Positions 25,773 to 35,457 of a DNA stretch of 35,460 nucleotides are shown here, piece after piece. Every line of letters begins with the position of its first letter. Position 1 is the first letter of the stretch. The translations under genes were made by a program, and so were the position numbers. The DNA comes from an uncultured virus (IMG/VR IMGVR_UViG_2061766007_000680). Taxonomy: Duplodnaviria > Heunggongvirae > Uroviricota > Caudoviricetes. The notes below the pieces were generated by a model. That model was not told the origin of the DNA. It ran no database searches and saw nothing but the letters and a program-made list of their open reading frames with translations. The DNA is taken from the IMG/VR virus record IMGVR_UViG_2061766007_000680; one strand, given 5' to 3'.

Positions 25773-26306
25773 TTATACTACTGCTTGTACTGTTTTAATT
25801 TTAACACCAATTCTATTTTCCATTTTGGATACTTCATTGAGATTATCCTTATTATCGTCATAGAAGACAAAGTTCTTATATCCTCTAGCCGACAAGTGTT
25901 CAATTACTTGGCGTTTTCTATCACATATATGCCCCTTAAATTTTGTTTTTTTTCCTCCGATAGCAAATACCAAATATCTATTTATATCCATTCCGTTTTT
26001 TAGGAAGAATCGTATCAGCATTTCTTTGTCTTCTCTTGCTGTAACAATTCCCACATTGATACCTTTATTATAAGTTTCTTCTAATATTTTCCAAAACTTA
26101 GTTAATTTTGCATTATTTAAAATATCTTCATTCTCGAAGTCAGAATAATCAAAATATTCACCATCTTTTCGTTTATAATAATTGTACTGTGCTGGTGTTA
26201 AAGTTTTTATTACTTGGTTTTGATCATTTACTACATAAATTTTTGCTTTGCTCTTTATAAGTGTGTCATCAATGTCGAATAAAATTATTTTGTTGTCCTG
26301 TTTCAT
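25773..26306 (-). CDS. HAD-superfamily phosphatase
   Basis: ILFDIDDTL, IVTAR, K, FYDDNKDN. Confidence 0.85.
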   Translation of the reverse strand: MKQDNKIILFDIDDTLIKSKAKIYVVNDQNQVIKTLTPAQYNYYKRKDGEYFDYSDFENEDILNNAKLTKFWKILEETYNKGINVGIVTAREDKEMLIRFFLKNGMDINRYLVFAIGGKKTKFKGHICDRKRQVIEHLSARGYKNFVFYDDNKDNLNEVSKMENRIGVKIKTVQAVV

Positions 26307-26309
26307 ATT

Positions 26310-26825
26310 TTATTTACTTGACATTATACATATTTTGTGTGGTGCACGTGTGTTGCCTCCAAAGTATGGGCCTAATGTTAATGTAAACCATTTATTTGAT
26401 TTTAATTTAGTTTCCCCAATTTTCTTCCCATCAACCTTGAACCGCACATCAAAAACATGTTTCTTTTCTTCTTTTAAATAATATTGCCATGTGTCAATAT
26501 CATACGCGTGTGTTTCTCCAATGTTACATGAGAATATTTTTTCCTTGTCTAGTTTACCATCACAATACACATATTTCCAAATGAATATTTCGTTTAGTTC
26601 CTTATTGTATGTCCATCCGAAGCGTACAGAATTTTTATGTACACCAAATATACCAAAACTAAATCCAAATAATTTGTTTACGCATGATTTTTCTTCAATT
26701 TCATATCTACAACTATCAGTAAAAGTTATGTTGCCTCCTTGTTGTAAATGATTACAGTTAAGTATTAATTGTAATTTAGGTATGAAATTTGAATAGTGGC
26801 AGTATTTTGGTATGATATATTTCAT
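26310..26825 (-). CDS. Hypothetical beta-sandwich protein
   Basis: NKLFGFS...HKNSVRFGW...PYFGGN..APH. Confidence 0.75.
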   Translation of the reverse strand: MKYIIPKYCHYSNFIPKLQLILNCNHLQQGGNITFTDSCRYEIEEKSCVNKLFGFSFGIFGVHKNSVRFGWTYNKELNEIFIWKYVYCDGKLDKEKIFSCNIGETHAYDIDTWQYYLKEEKKHVFDVRFKVDGKKIGETKLKSNKWFTLTLGPYFGGNTRAPHKICIMSSK

Positions 26826-26833
26826 ATCTATTA

Positions 26834-27040
26834 TTATTTTTTATTCTTAATTAACAAAATAAGCCTTAATATACAATATGCTATGCCAAAAAGCATAAGC
26901 CACACTGTCCACAAATAAAATTCCTTGCATTTCCATGTTGTTTTTGATTTATCATTTTTCCATTCATAATGATAAATTCCTGTTCCTAAAAAATTAAATA
27001 GGACTACAACAAGTACTACACTAAAAGCCACCCAATTCAT
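26834..27040 (-). CDS. Small two-TM membrane protein
   Basis: Two hydrophobic helices and a basic C-terminus. Confidence 0.7.
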   Translation of the reverse strand: MNWVAFSVVLVVVLFNFLGTGIYHYEWKNDKSKTTWKCKEFYLWTVWLMLFGIAYCILRLILLIKNKK

Positions 27041-27057
27041 AATTTAATGTCTATTTA

Positions 27058-27738
27058 TCAATTTGTTATTTCAATATATGTTGGTTCGAATGATGTAATA
27101 TAATCCTCATCTTTAATCGAAACATTATAAAATATAGTGTTACATCCATCTAATTTAATACCGCCATGAGTTCCAGTATGTATATGCCCACAGAAGTTAT
27201 ATCGTATGTTTTTATTAATAATTTTCTGTTTTAATTCTTCACTGCCCCAATTTTCTTCATATGCCGTATTTGGATATGAACACCCAAGTTTTTCAATACG
27301 TGGTGGCTGGTGGGTTAATAAAATATCACAGTTCGGTATCAAATTATATTTTGAGCACGTCTCATCTACAAACGGCCAGCCATATGGGCCAGTACACCAT
27401 GGGCATCCATATATCTTTAAGCCATCTATTACAATTGAATTGTCTTCTAAATATATTAATTTATTTTTTAGTTTTGGATTATCTTTGATTTTATTTAGAA
27501 TTTTTATATACCCCATACGGTTAAGCCAATAACAATGGTTTCCAGCAATAAAAACTACTTTTTGGCAGGGTAATTTATCAACCCAATTAGTAAATATGGT
27601 ATCAAACCATAATTCGCACTCAGTACTAATCCGTTGTATTTCTAACGGAAATATATCACCACAAATAAAAAGCACGTTGCACTCCTTAATTATAGGGAGT
27701 GCCCCGTGTAAATCTGATATTGCACAAACTTTAATCAT
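27058..27738 (-). CDS. Calcineurin-like metallophosphoesterase
   Basis: SDLHG, CGD, GNH, THQPP, GHIH. Confidence 0.9.
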   Translation of the reverse strand: MIKVCAISDLHGALPIIKECNVLFICGDIFPLEIQRISTECELWFDTIFTNWVDKLPCQKVVFIAGNHCYWLNRMGYIKILNKIKDNPKLKNKLIYLEDNSIVIDGLKIYGCPWCTGPYGWPFVDETCSKYNLIPNCDILLTHQPPRIEKLGCSYPNTAYEENWGSEELKQKIINKNIRYNFCGHIHTGTHGGIKLDGCNTIFYNVSIKDEDYITSFEPTYIEITN

Positions 27739-28091
27739 TAATCTGTTAAAAGTTGCTTTTCAGTTTTCTTAACAAACCATGTATCAATCCACTTATGGAT
27801 GAACTCGATGTCATAAACACCGTTAGAAGAAAGTCCTACAACTACACAAAGAGCAACTACTCCGAGCCATACTGGGTCACCGAACTCAATTACCTTTATA
27901 CCCCAAGCGCCAACAGAAAGGCCAGCGCCAATTACCCATGCAATAAGTTGCTTAAGCCAACTGCGATGTTGTTCTGGAACGAACTTTTCTACGATGCCTT
28001 GGTTAAATAGACCAGCCACAAAAGTAGTAATCGTGACTAAAATTGGTGCTACATACCAAAATGCTTCACTAAAAATTCCTGTAATGTCCAT
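27738..28091 (-). CDS. Three-TM membrane protein, holin-like
   Basis: Three hydrophobic segments and GLSSNGVYD. Confidence 0.65.
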   Translation of the reverse strand: MDITGIFSEAFWYVAPILVTITTFVAGLFNQGIVEKFVPEQHRSWLKQLIAWVIGAGLSVGAWGIKVIEFGDPVWLGVVALCVVVGLSSNGVYDIEFIHKWIDTWFVKKTEKQLLTD

Positions 28092-28167
28092 TTTTTCTTT
28101 TTTTTTTATTTTATTATTTTTAATTGGTTTTAACCATTTTGATCAGTTTAAATATACAAATAATTTT

Positions 28168-28956
28168 TTAAAACTCAACAAGTTTATATGTTAAACCAAC
28201 TCCTATGTATCCGCCAGCACCAATAAACCATCCTGCACCAGTGTTTGCTGTTGATATATTGCTAAATGTAGTTCCGACTAAACCAACACCACCAACTACA
28301 CCTATACCACCTTGTATACCAATACTCCATCTCTTTGGCTTCGCCTTTTCAACATTAACCCCTTCAACACTTGTAAATATTATATGTGGATTTTCTGATG
28401 TAGCAAACCACTGATTGTCTGCAGTCGTTCCAACTTTTAATGGAACCTGTATTGTTAATGAATTTAAAATAGTATGACTTTGGAATGGGTTAAACTTAAA
28501 TGTTGTTTCTCCATCAAGTGCTGTCCAGTCGTCATAGTAATTAAAATGACTATGATATATACTATCATGTGTTATGCTATCTTGTGTTATATATATACTG
28601 TCGCGCATATGGATAGAATCTAGTCGGATTTGCTGTTCTAATTTTGAAATTGTTGCGACTTTAGACTTAAGAGTTTTTTCAAGTTCTTTAATTTCATTTT
28701 CTTTGACTCCGATAAAATCTTCTAGTTCACCTATTTTTGCAATATAACCTTGTTTAGTATATAGCAATTCACCGTTTTTAAGTTCGTAGGTATGCAAGGT
28801 ATCAGTTATTGCCTTCAGATTATTCTCTGCTACGTCTAACTTCCTATTTGCACAGGTCGTTGACATGATAAGTACTATAATCACAAAGAAGAATACAGTT
28901 AGCAATATATTCTTCCAGTTGTCCTTAAAAAATGTTTTAGTATTATTTGTTTCCAT
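28168..28956 (-). CDS. Membrane-anchored coiled-coil protein, spanin-like
   Basis: N-terminal TM, coiled coil, then KRWSIGIQGGIG...YIGVGLTYKLVEF beta-hairpin ending in Phe. Confidence 0.65.
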   Translation of the reverse strand: METNNTKTFFKDNWKNILLTVFFFVIIVLIMSTTCANRKLDVAENNLKAITDTLHTYELKNGELLYTKQGYIAKIGELEDFIGVKENEIKELEKTLKSKVATISKLEQQIRLDSIHMRDSIYITQDSITHDSIYHSHFNYYDDWTALDGETTFKFNPFQSHTILNSLTIQVPLKVGTTADNQWFATSENPHIIFTSVEGVNVEKAKPKRWSIGIQGGIGVVGGVGLVGTTFSNISTANTGAGWFIGAGGYIGVGLTYKLVEF

Positions 28957-29860
28957 TGGTGTTTGTGTACTTTATTAAATAATAATCATTCAATACATCA
29001 AAATTTTCATTTAATGTTGGTTTAGAATTATTATAAATATCTTGTTTGATTTTATAAGTTAATCTTGCTATTCTTCGTTCAAAACTTTTAATTCCATTTC
29101 TTGCTATATATAAAAAGTATTTGTAATTATAATAGTCTTTCAATTTTTTATATTTAGATATAGCATTTTGCATTTCCATATCATTATGCTGTTTTAAAAA
29201 AATATATGCAGTATATAAGTTTTTAATCCACCATCCACATTCGGAGTTTTCTATTGCTTTATCCAAGTAGTCTGGATTTATATTGCCATTAATAAATTCA
29301 CTATAAAAACCATTTATCATACCATCTTGTTCTGATTTTGTAGAAGCATATATTATATGTGCCAAACTTCTTTCGTATTGGTTCTTTGAGTTGATATTAG
29401 AAATGGCTACACTATAAATTAATTTATTACCATATGTCTTACCCATCAAAACATTTTGATAAGTATGTTCAAACTCGTGACCAATGCTATCATAAAAATC
29501 ATTATTCAATGGTTTTCCGTTAACATAAACAACGGTTATTTTAATCATTTTAAAGTCATACATTATATAGTTATGTAATGCATGTTGACTTCTGAAAGTT
29601 TGGTATTCTTGCATATTATCAAAATAGTAAACAATCCAAAATACTTTAAATTCAGTATTATTCTTATCTTTACAGTTAAACGAGAATTTACCATTTTTAC
29701 ATGATACTTTATAATTAGTATCGAAATCAGTATTTTTAATTTCGCTCTTTAACTGTGATAGAAATCTTGGAATAATATCATAGTGAAGAGTATTAGATAT
29801 GCCATACTCCTCACTTATCATTTTGTTTACTCGCTTCTTATAAATTTCTGTTAGCAACAT
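28943..29860 (-). CDS. HExxH-motif protein (putative zinc metallopeptidase)
   Basis: SIGHEFEHTYQ with downstream EQDG; TATTTAT upstream at 29878-29884. Confidence 0.7.
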   Translation of the reverse strand: MLLTEIYKKRVNKMISEEYGISNTLHYDIIPRFLSQLKSEIKNTDFDTNYKVSCKNGKFSFNCKDKNNTEFKVFWIVYYFDNMQEYQTFRSQHALHNYIMYDFKMIKITVVYVNGKPLNNDFYDSIGHEFEHTYQNVLMGKTYGNKLIYSVAISNINSKNQYERSLAHIIYASTKSEQDGMINGFYSEFINGNINPDYLDKAIENSECGWWIKNLYTAYIFLKQHNDMEMQNAISKYKKLKDYYNYKYFLYIARNGIKSFERRIARLTYKIKQDIYNNSKPTLNENFDVLNDYYLIKYTNTNGNK

Positions 29861-29896
29861 TTTTTATTCGTTTATCTATAAATATTAAGATAAAGT

Positions 29897-30223
29897 TTAT
29901 TTATGTGCCATTTTTGCATAATATTCATCATCTAATTTATCAATATAACTAAGTGGTGATTCACCAATACCTAATGTATGAATTTTATCAAACCCATTCT
30001 CTTCGGTAATTAATGATTCTTCTTGCTTAATGCTTCCTTTATATTTTTTCCCGTAATTACCACTAAACTTTTTAGTTACTGGATCGAGATCGCCCCATTG
30101 GTTTCTTTGATTTGTATCAATGGCTTCAACAAAATATGTTTTACCTGTTCTCAATGACTTGACAATAAATCTACCTGTTTCATCTGTGTTTGTTAAAAAC
30201 TTCTCTTTGAAATCTTTATCCAT
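29897..30223 (-). CDS. Conserved hypothetical protein
   Basis: DETGRFIVKSLRTGKTYFVE...WGDLDP...YGKKYKGSI...ITEENGF. Confidence 0.8.
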   Translation of the reverse strand: MDKDFKEKFLTNTDETGRFIVKSLRTGKTYFVEAIDTNQRNQWGDLDPVTKKFSGNYGKKYKGSIKQEESLITEENGFDKIHTLGIGESPLSYIDKLDDEYYAKMAHK

Positions 30224-30893
30224 TTTCTGTTTCTCCTATAATTAATTCTTTCGCGTATGGAAGTTCTTCTATGAATTTGCAAAAAGCACCCCAATCTTCC
30301 TTTAACTTATGATGTTTTCTTTGATGATAAATTGTTTGTAATTGTTTATAATTTGTTGACACACGCATGAACAATTGGATGCCCATTGGGCAATTGCTTA
30401 TGCACAACATATATGCATAGTATAATGCTTCGTTTTTATCATTTGTGCTAATCTCAGTGTTGTCCCTTAATATAAATGTTTGTTCTTTAAAACTATCATT
30501 ATTTAATATGTCATTATATATTCCGATATAATAATCTAATTCATGTATAACAACATCTGACACATACTTATTACAAGCCTTATCAATATCCATCTTAACC
30601 AATCTATGCATTTTACTTGAAGATGTGACAATATCAGCAAAATGGTATCTCTGAAATTCAGGTGTCCAATACTGTGGGTATGTTACATCAAACGATACTC
30701 GAATTCCTGTTAGGAAATTGTCATGGCATTTTACCTCACCATTTTTACTTGCCTGAACAAGTTTCTTTGCTCTATTCAATGATTTTTCAAATTCTTCATC
30801 TGTGTATTCTGGAATCTCAAGTCGCATTGCATTTCTGCAGGCAATTATTGATTCTTTGAGATCATATACCTTTACATTTTCAATCCTAAGCAT
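30216..30893 (-). CDS. ThyX-like (flavin-dependent thymidylate synthase fold) protein
   Basis: HDNFL..I.V.FD...EFQRYHF...SSSKMH...P.G......TNY..L..IY.QR..HKL..W. Confidence 0.7.
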   Translation of the reverse strand: MLRIENVKVYDLKESIIACRNAMRLEIPEYTDEEFEKSLNRAKKLVQASKNGEVKCHDNFLTGIRVSFDVTYPQYWTPEFQRYHFADIVTSSSKMHRLVKMDIDKACNKYVSDVVIHELDYYIGIYNDILNNDSFKEQTFILRDNTEISTNDKNEALYYAYMLCISNCPMGIQLFMRVSTNYKQLQTIYHQRKHHKLKEDWGAFCKFIEELPYAKELIIGETENG

Positions 30894-31017
30894 TCTATTA
30901 TTTCTTTTTTTTTCTTCTTTTTATATTCTATTACTGGTTCAAAACCATACCACAAATGTTTTGAAACTTCGTCAATAATTAAACGTGTTATTTCATGACC
31001 ATAATTTATCTACTCTA

Positions 31018-31905
31018 CTATTCATCCTTCAATTTATAAGTCCATTCTAGTGTTTCTCCATTTATTTCTAAACAAGCAGTTTCGGTTGCAAGACAGTCAA
31101 TTTGAATCATATCTGGGTTTTCGTTGTCGTTATATTTAGGACGGCATTTATTTTTACCGTCATTAATCCAATAATCAAGGCCGCACTTTAAATCGTCTTC
31201 GTCAAGAGGTGTTTTTTCTGTTCCAGTCGCAACAAGACGGCCTTCTAGATCTTTATACTCATCACTATAATGTTCAAACCTTGTATGTCCAACTACCTGT
31301 ATTTTACCGCTTGAGAAACCAAAAATATTATTTTGCCACAATGATGTTGGTCTGATCCATAATGGACTATGAGTTGTGCTTTCGCCATAATAATCACTCA
31401 TTTTCGTCACATTTGTTCTGAATAAAAATGCCTGTTTGTTCTCGTCCCACAATTTGTTAATTTGATCACAAATTTCCTGAAGTGTTAAATCTTCTTTCTT
31501 CTTACCAAACCATTTCTCGTACCATGGCAATGTCACACCAGCATGAGTTATGAGATATTTCTCTCCGATTTGGAATGCTGCTTTTGTTAGTGCGTCTTCA
31601 TACTCTTTAAATATTGAATTTATTTTTGGTGCATGAAAGACATCATAACGATTTGTTTCTCCTTCCATTAACATGTATTGAACGTCATGATTAGAAGCCA
31701 AAATTATTACATTATCTTTGTGTTCCTTCCAAAATTTAAATAGTAATTTCGTTTGCTCTAACATTTGGTTATATCCAATGTTTTCGTAATAATATGGATC
31801 TGTAAAATCACCAACAAAAACGTATGTTATATCGTTGCGAGTTTCATCAATTAATTTTTGCCAGTTTGTTCTTCCGTGTATATCACCAATTATTCTGTAA
31901 ATCAT
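31018..31905 (-). CDS. Calcineurin-like metallophosphoesterase
   Basis: GDIHG, GDFTD, SNHD, THAG, SPLWIRP, QVVGHT. Confidence 0.9.
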   Translation of the reverse strand: MIYRIIGDIHGRTNWQKLIDETRNDITYVFVGDFTDPYYYENIGYNQMLEQTKLLFKFWKEHKDNVIILASNHDVQYMLMEGETNRYDVFHAPKINSIFKEYEDALTKAAFQIGEKYLITHAGVTLPWYEKWFGKKKEDLTLQEICDQINKLWDENKQAFLFRTNVTKMSDYYGESTTHSPLWIRPTSLWQNNIFGFSSGKIQVVGHTRFEHYSDEYKDLEGRLVATGTEKTPLDEDDLKCGLDYWINDGKNKCRPKYNDNENPDMIQIDCLATETACLEINGETLEWTYKLKDE

Positions 31906-31926
31906 AGGTGTTTTATTGTTAATCTT

Positions 31927-32190
31927 TTATTTATTTCTTTTCCCCTTTAATTTCTTTGCTAATTCTAAATTTTGTTTTCGATTTTCTTTTACCTCTTCTT
32001 GGTGTTCAAGTTCCCATTGGATGTTTTCCCAAACAAAACTTGTGTACCCTATTTTCCATTGGTGATAGTGAGGGCACATTAGAAACCAATGGTTTTCTTT
32101 TCCATCTTCAATACATTTACCTTTTCTTATACAAGTTTTTTTGCACACGTCCTCTTGAAATTGTGGTATATCTTTTGGATCGTAAGTCAT
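31927..32190 (-). CDS. Small Cys-containing hypothetical protein
   Basis: C..C....C...CP pattern. Confidence 0.7.
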   Translation of the reverse strand: MTYDPKDIPQFQEDVCKKTCIRKGKCIEDGKENHWFLMCPHYHQWKIGYTSFVWENIQWELEHQEEVKENRKQNLELAKKLKGKRNK

Positions 32191-32774
32191 TACTTCTTGT
32201 GTTTATTAAAAAACATTTTTATTCTTTCAACAAATGAAGGCTTTGTGTGACAAACAACCTCAACATTTGGTTGCTTTAATTTTTCAAAAGCAGCCTTTGC
32301 TTCGTCAAGTTCCTTTCTCATTTCTTCTGCTTTTGATAGTCTTCTCTTTTCTAAGCAAGTCTCTTCAATGTATTTCTTAACATCTTCTCTTGCCGCAACA
32401 ACATATTTCTCAACAACAGCCTGGAAATCTTCATTCTTATATTTTGTATTAAGAGCAATATTTATGATTTTTGCATAATTACGTGGAATTATCGTTATCA
32501 TGTTTAGTGTGTCGTTCATAACTCTTTCTAAGTCTCTATTTTGCTCAGCGATAACACCATTCATAAGGTTCATAGCATCCGAAGTAGTCTTGTTATATAC
32601 ATTGTTTACTGCATCTTTATATGATGCCACCGATTTTACTATATATTTAGAATCATTTGTATTTGGCTCGGCGAGTGTTTCTGATAAAATTTGCCCAATT
32701 GATTTTCCGTTTTCTAATTCTGTTTCAATTCTTTTAACATCTTCTAATACCTTTTTTCGTTGTTCTTTTCCCAT
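32190..32774 (-). CDS. Hypothetical helical protein
   Basis: 194-aa ORF; its stop overlaps the next start. Confidence 0.75.
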   Translation of the reverse strand: MGKEQRKKVLEDVKRIETELENGKSIGQILSETLAEPNTNDSKYIVKSVASYKDAVNNVYNKTTSDAMNLMNGVIAEQNRDLERVMNDTLNMITIIPRNYAKIINIALNTKYKNEDFQAVVEKYVVAAREDVKKYIEETCLEKRRLSKAEEMRKELDEAKAAFEKLKQPNVEVVCHTKPSFVERIKMFFNKHKK

Positions 32775-32778
32775 AGTT

Positions 32779-35457
32779 TTATTGTATTTTTATCTCATTA
32801 TTTTCAACTGTTGCATTAAATGCATAACTATCATAACCGTTATCGATTAAGAAGTCTGTTATCTTGTTTTCAATATTATCTCTAATTGTCCTTATAACTG
32901 GTCTTGCACCATATTCTTTTTCTTTCTTAATAGAATCTAACATAGTCTCAATCACATCATTGTCGTAAGAAATGAAACAACCAATCTTTTTAAGCCTCTC
33001 TTGTAATTTGTTCATTTCTAACCTGACAATTTGCCTTAGGTTATCATCGTCGAGGTTGTTGAAGAATATTATCTCATCGAGACGGTTTAAGAACTCTGGT
33101 GGGAACTTATCTTTAATCTCTTTGTTGATGATATTACGTTTTACACTATCATCATCCTTTGATTCAAAACCAATAGCCTTGTGCTGGCCTGCGTTTTTTG
33201 TACCAACATTTGATGTTAGAATAATAATTGTATTCTTGAAATCAACCTTCTGGCCAGTGTTATCAGTTAAGAAACCTTCATCAAATACCTGAAGGAATAA
33301 GTTGTAGATCTCCTCAGTTGCTTTCTCAATTTCGTCAATAAGAAGCACGGCGTATTTATTGTTTTTAATAGACTCCGTTAAAAGACCACCCTCGTTATAT
33401 CCAACATAACCCGCAGAAGCACCGATTAATTTATTTACCGATGTTTTGTCATTATACTCTGACATATCGAAACGAATAAGGTATTTCTCATCACCAAAAA
33501 TTTCCTTTGCTAATGTTTTTGCCAGAAGCGTTTTACCAGTACCAGTTTGGCCAACAAACAAGAAGCAACCCATTGGCCTGTTGTTTTGGTGCAATCCAAT
33601 CTTGTTTCTCTTTATTGCGCGAGATACCACGTCAATAGCCTCGTCTTGACCGACAATGACATCCTTTAGTTTATTATCGATATCTTTTAACGCTCTTTTC
33701 TCTGTCGTTTTCAGTTTTCCGATTGGAATATTAGTATGTTGAGAAATTGTTGTATACAAATCTTCCTCGGTAACCTCAATTTTCTCTTTTGATCTAATTT
33801 CTTCTTCAAGTTGGGCCAGGTCAGTTCTTATGTCTCGCTCATGCATGCCATATTCCATAACTTTATCAAAGTCATCCTTCTTTGAGGCTTCTTCTATTTC
33901 CGTTTTAACTTCATTTAACAGTTTATAACGCCGTTTTATATTTTTCATTAGTTCGCTGTTCATTTTCTTGTATGAACCTAATTCATCCATTACATCAATT
34001 GCTGATGATGGAAGCGTCTTTTCTGTTATATATCTTTTTGCCAGATCAACACAAAGCCTAAGAATTGAGTCAGAGTAACTTACACAATGGAAATCTTCGT
34101 AGTATTTTCTGTTATTAACCAGAATGTCATAAGTTTCTTCATCGTTCAGAGGATCAACAGTAATTTTTTGAAGTTTCTTTGATATACTTGGATTGGAATC
34201 ACACATCGATTTGTAACCCTTAAAATTACTAGTAGCAACTACTTGCACATCACCGTTTGCAAATACTTCAGAAATTACACCACCAGCGTCAAAGTCATTC
34301 TTTGTCTTCTCTGCAAATAGACTATCGATGTCGTCAATGAATAATATAGCATTTTTATTCTCTTTTAATGCTTTGATCATCCCAACCATACGCTCCTCGA
34401 ACATGCCTCTAAGAGTCGTTCCAGCAAGCATTTCTGCTGAGTTGAATTTCCAAATTTCTTTATCTTTAAAATATAGTGGTGCTTCCCCTTTTAATATTTT
34501 TTGAAGTAGCCCAATGACAATTTGTGTCTTACCTACACCAATATCACCAACTAATATGGCATTATTGGTTTTTCTTCTTCCCAATATTCTAAATATTTCA
34601 TTTATTTCATTTTCTCTGCCAATTAATTCGTCGAATTTTCCGTTCTTGACTTGTTCATTTAAACTAGTGCAAAATGGTATACTTTTTGAATTTTGTTTTT
34701 GTACTTTTTGTTGTAGGCCTTGCTGTATACCTAATATATTTAGTATTTCATCTTGTGGTAATTTTCCACCACCAATAATTAAAGCATTAGTATTTCCATT
34801 TGACATTTTATCAATTATCTTGATATTTTTTTCCACAGAAGAAAAAGAAGAAAACATTTTATCAAAAGCCTCTTTAAGGTCGGATTTTTGATCATTTTTA
34901 TTTTCGTCAATTTTTGTTTTTTGGCCGATATTCTCTTTTTCAGTAGAATTAATTGCTTCTCTAATATTTTTTGAAATTGATAGCAGAACTTTATATGTTA
35001 CGCCATATTCTCTAAATAAATCTGATATTTCTGAATGATTACCAGTGTTTTCAGCATCTCTTAAAATAGACAATAATACATGATCGGTGTTAATTAATGA
35101 CGAGTTTGTTTCTCTAACTTCATTTAATGCTTCTTTAAAATAATCTCTTAATTCTTTTGAAATTTCTGGCTTCCCAATTGGTGTAGATATTGGTTCATTA
35201 ATTGTTTTTTCGTTTTCCAATTCAACAAGCCTGTCGTGTATTTTATATATCATTTCCGATATAAGATAACTACTAAGAGCTGTATATAGCATTGATTCTT
35301 GTTTTTCTAATGCACTATATAAAAAAATGTATGGAGATATTTCACTAAATTTCATATCCTCATGTACACTATCAATGATATAATCTATGATATATGTAAG
35401 TTCTTTTGAAAAATATTTATCTATTACTTCTGAAAACCCCCACTTAGCATTTTCCAT
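32779..35457 (-). CDS. clpC: ClpC-like ATP-dependent Clp ATPase
   Basis: Clp N-domain (TDHVLLSIL), NBD1 GDIGVGKT, coiled-coil middle domain, NBD2 GQTGTGKT / RFDMSEY / GYVGY / IDEIEKA, IGF loop, PEFLNRLD, GARP. The start is 3 nt from the window edge. Confidence 0.93.
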   Translation of the reverse strand: MENAKWGFSEVIDKYFSKELTYIIDYIIDSVHEDMKFSEISPYIFLYSALEKQESMLYTALSSYLISEMIYKIHDRLVELENEKTINEPISTPIGKPEISKELRDYFKEALNEVRETNSSLINTDHVLLSILRDAENTGNHSEISDLFREYGVTYKVLLSISKNIREAINSTEKENIGQKTKIDENKNDQKSDLKEAFDKMFSSFSSVEKNIKIIDKMSNGNTNALIIGGGKLPQDEILNILGIQQGLQQKVQKQNSKSIPFCTSLNEQVKNGKFDELIGRENEINEIFRILGRRKTNNAILVGDIGVGKTQIVIGLLQKILKGEAPLYFKDKEIWKFNSAEMLAGTTLRGMFEERMVGMIKALKENKNAILFIDDIDSLFAEKTKNDFDAGGVISEVFANGDVQVVATSNFKGYKSMCDSNPSISKKLQKITVDPLNDEETYDILVNNRKYYEDFHCVSYSDSILRLCVDLAKRYITEKTLPSSAIDVMDELGSYKKMNSELMKNIKRRYKLLNEVKTEIEEASKKDDFDKVMEYGMHERDIRTDLAQLEEEIRSKEKIEVTEEDLYTTISQHTNIPIGKLKTTEKRALKDIDNKLKDVIVGQDEAIDVVSRAIKRNKIGLHQNNRPMGCFLFVGQTGTGKTLLAKTLAKEIFGDEKYLIRFDMSEYNDKTSVNKLIGASAGYVGYNEGGLLTESIKNNKYAVLLIDEIEKATEEIYNLFLQVFDEGFLTDNTGQKVDFKNTIIILTSNVGTKNAGQHKAIGFESKDDDSVKRNIINKEIKDKFPPEFLNRLDEIIFFNNLDDDNLRQIVRLEMNKLQERLKKIGCFISYDNDVIETMLDSIKKEKEYGARPVIRTIRDNIENKITDFLIDNGYDSYAFNATVENNEIKIQ

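Noticed and set aside
30875..31010. Protein-like open frame on - (INYGHEITRLIIDEVSKHLWYGFEPVIEY...) in the gap before the ThyX-like gene
   Set aside because: No ATG/GTG start, and it is bounded upstream by TAG and then TGA, so amber read-through would not supply a start. It may be a relic but cannot be supported.
2783..34891. Numerous short plus-strand ORFs in the ORF track (and 19369..19635 on -)
   Set aside because: They are antisense shadows of well-supported genes and have no motifs. Only 1338..1799 and 19184..19669 look real on +.
510..35457. Genome-wide TAG-to-Gln recoding (code 15)
   Set aside because: Long genes (1383 aa, 892 aa) are intact in the standard code and coding density is already high. 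Only one clear in-frame TAG was found.
24643..35457. Bacterial chromosome origin (clpC, acpP, dut)
   Set aside because: These genes are interleaved with phage-family hypotheticals and lack their usual bacterial operon partners.
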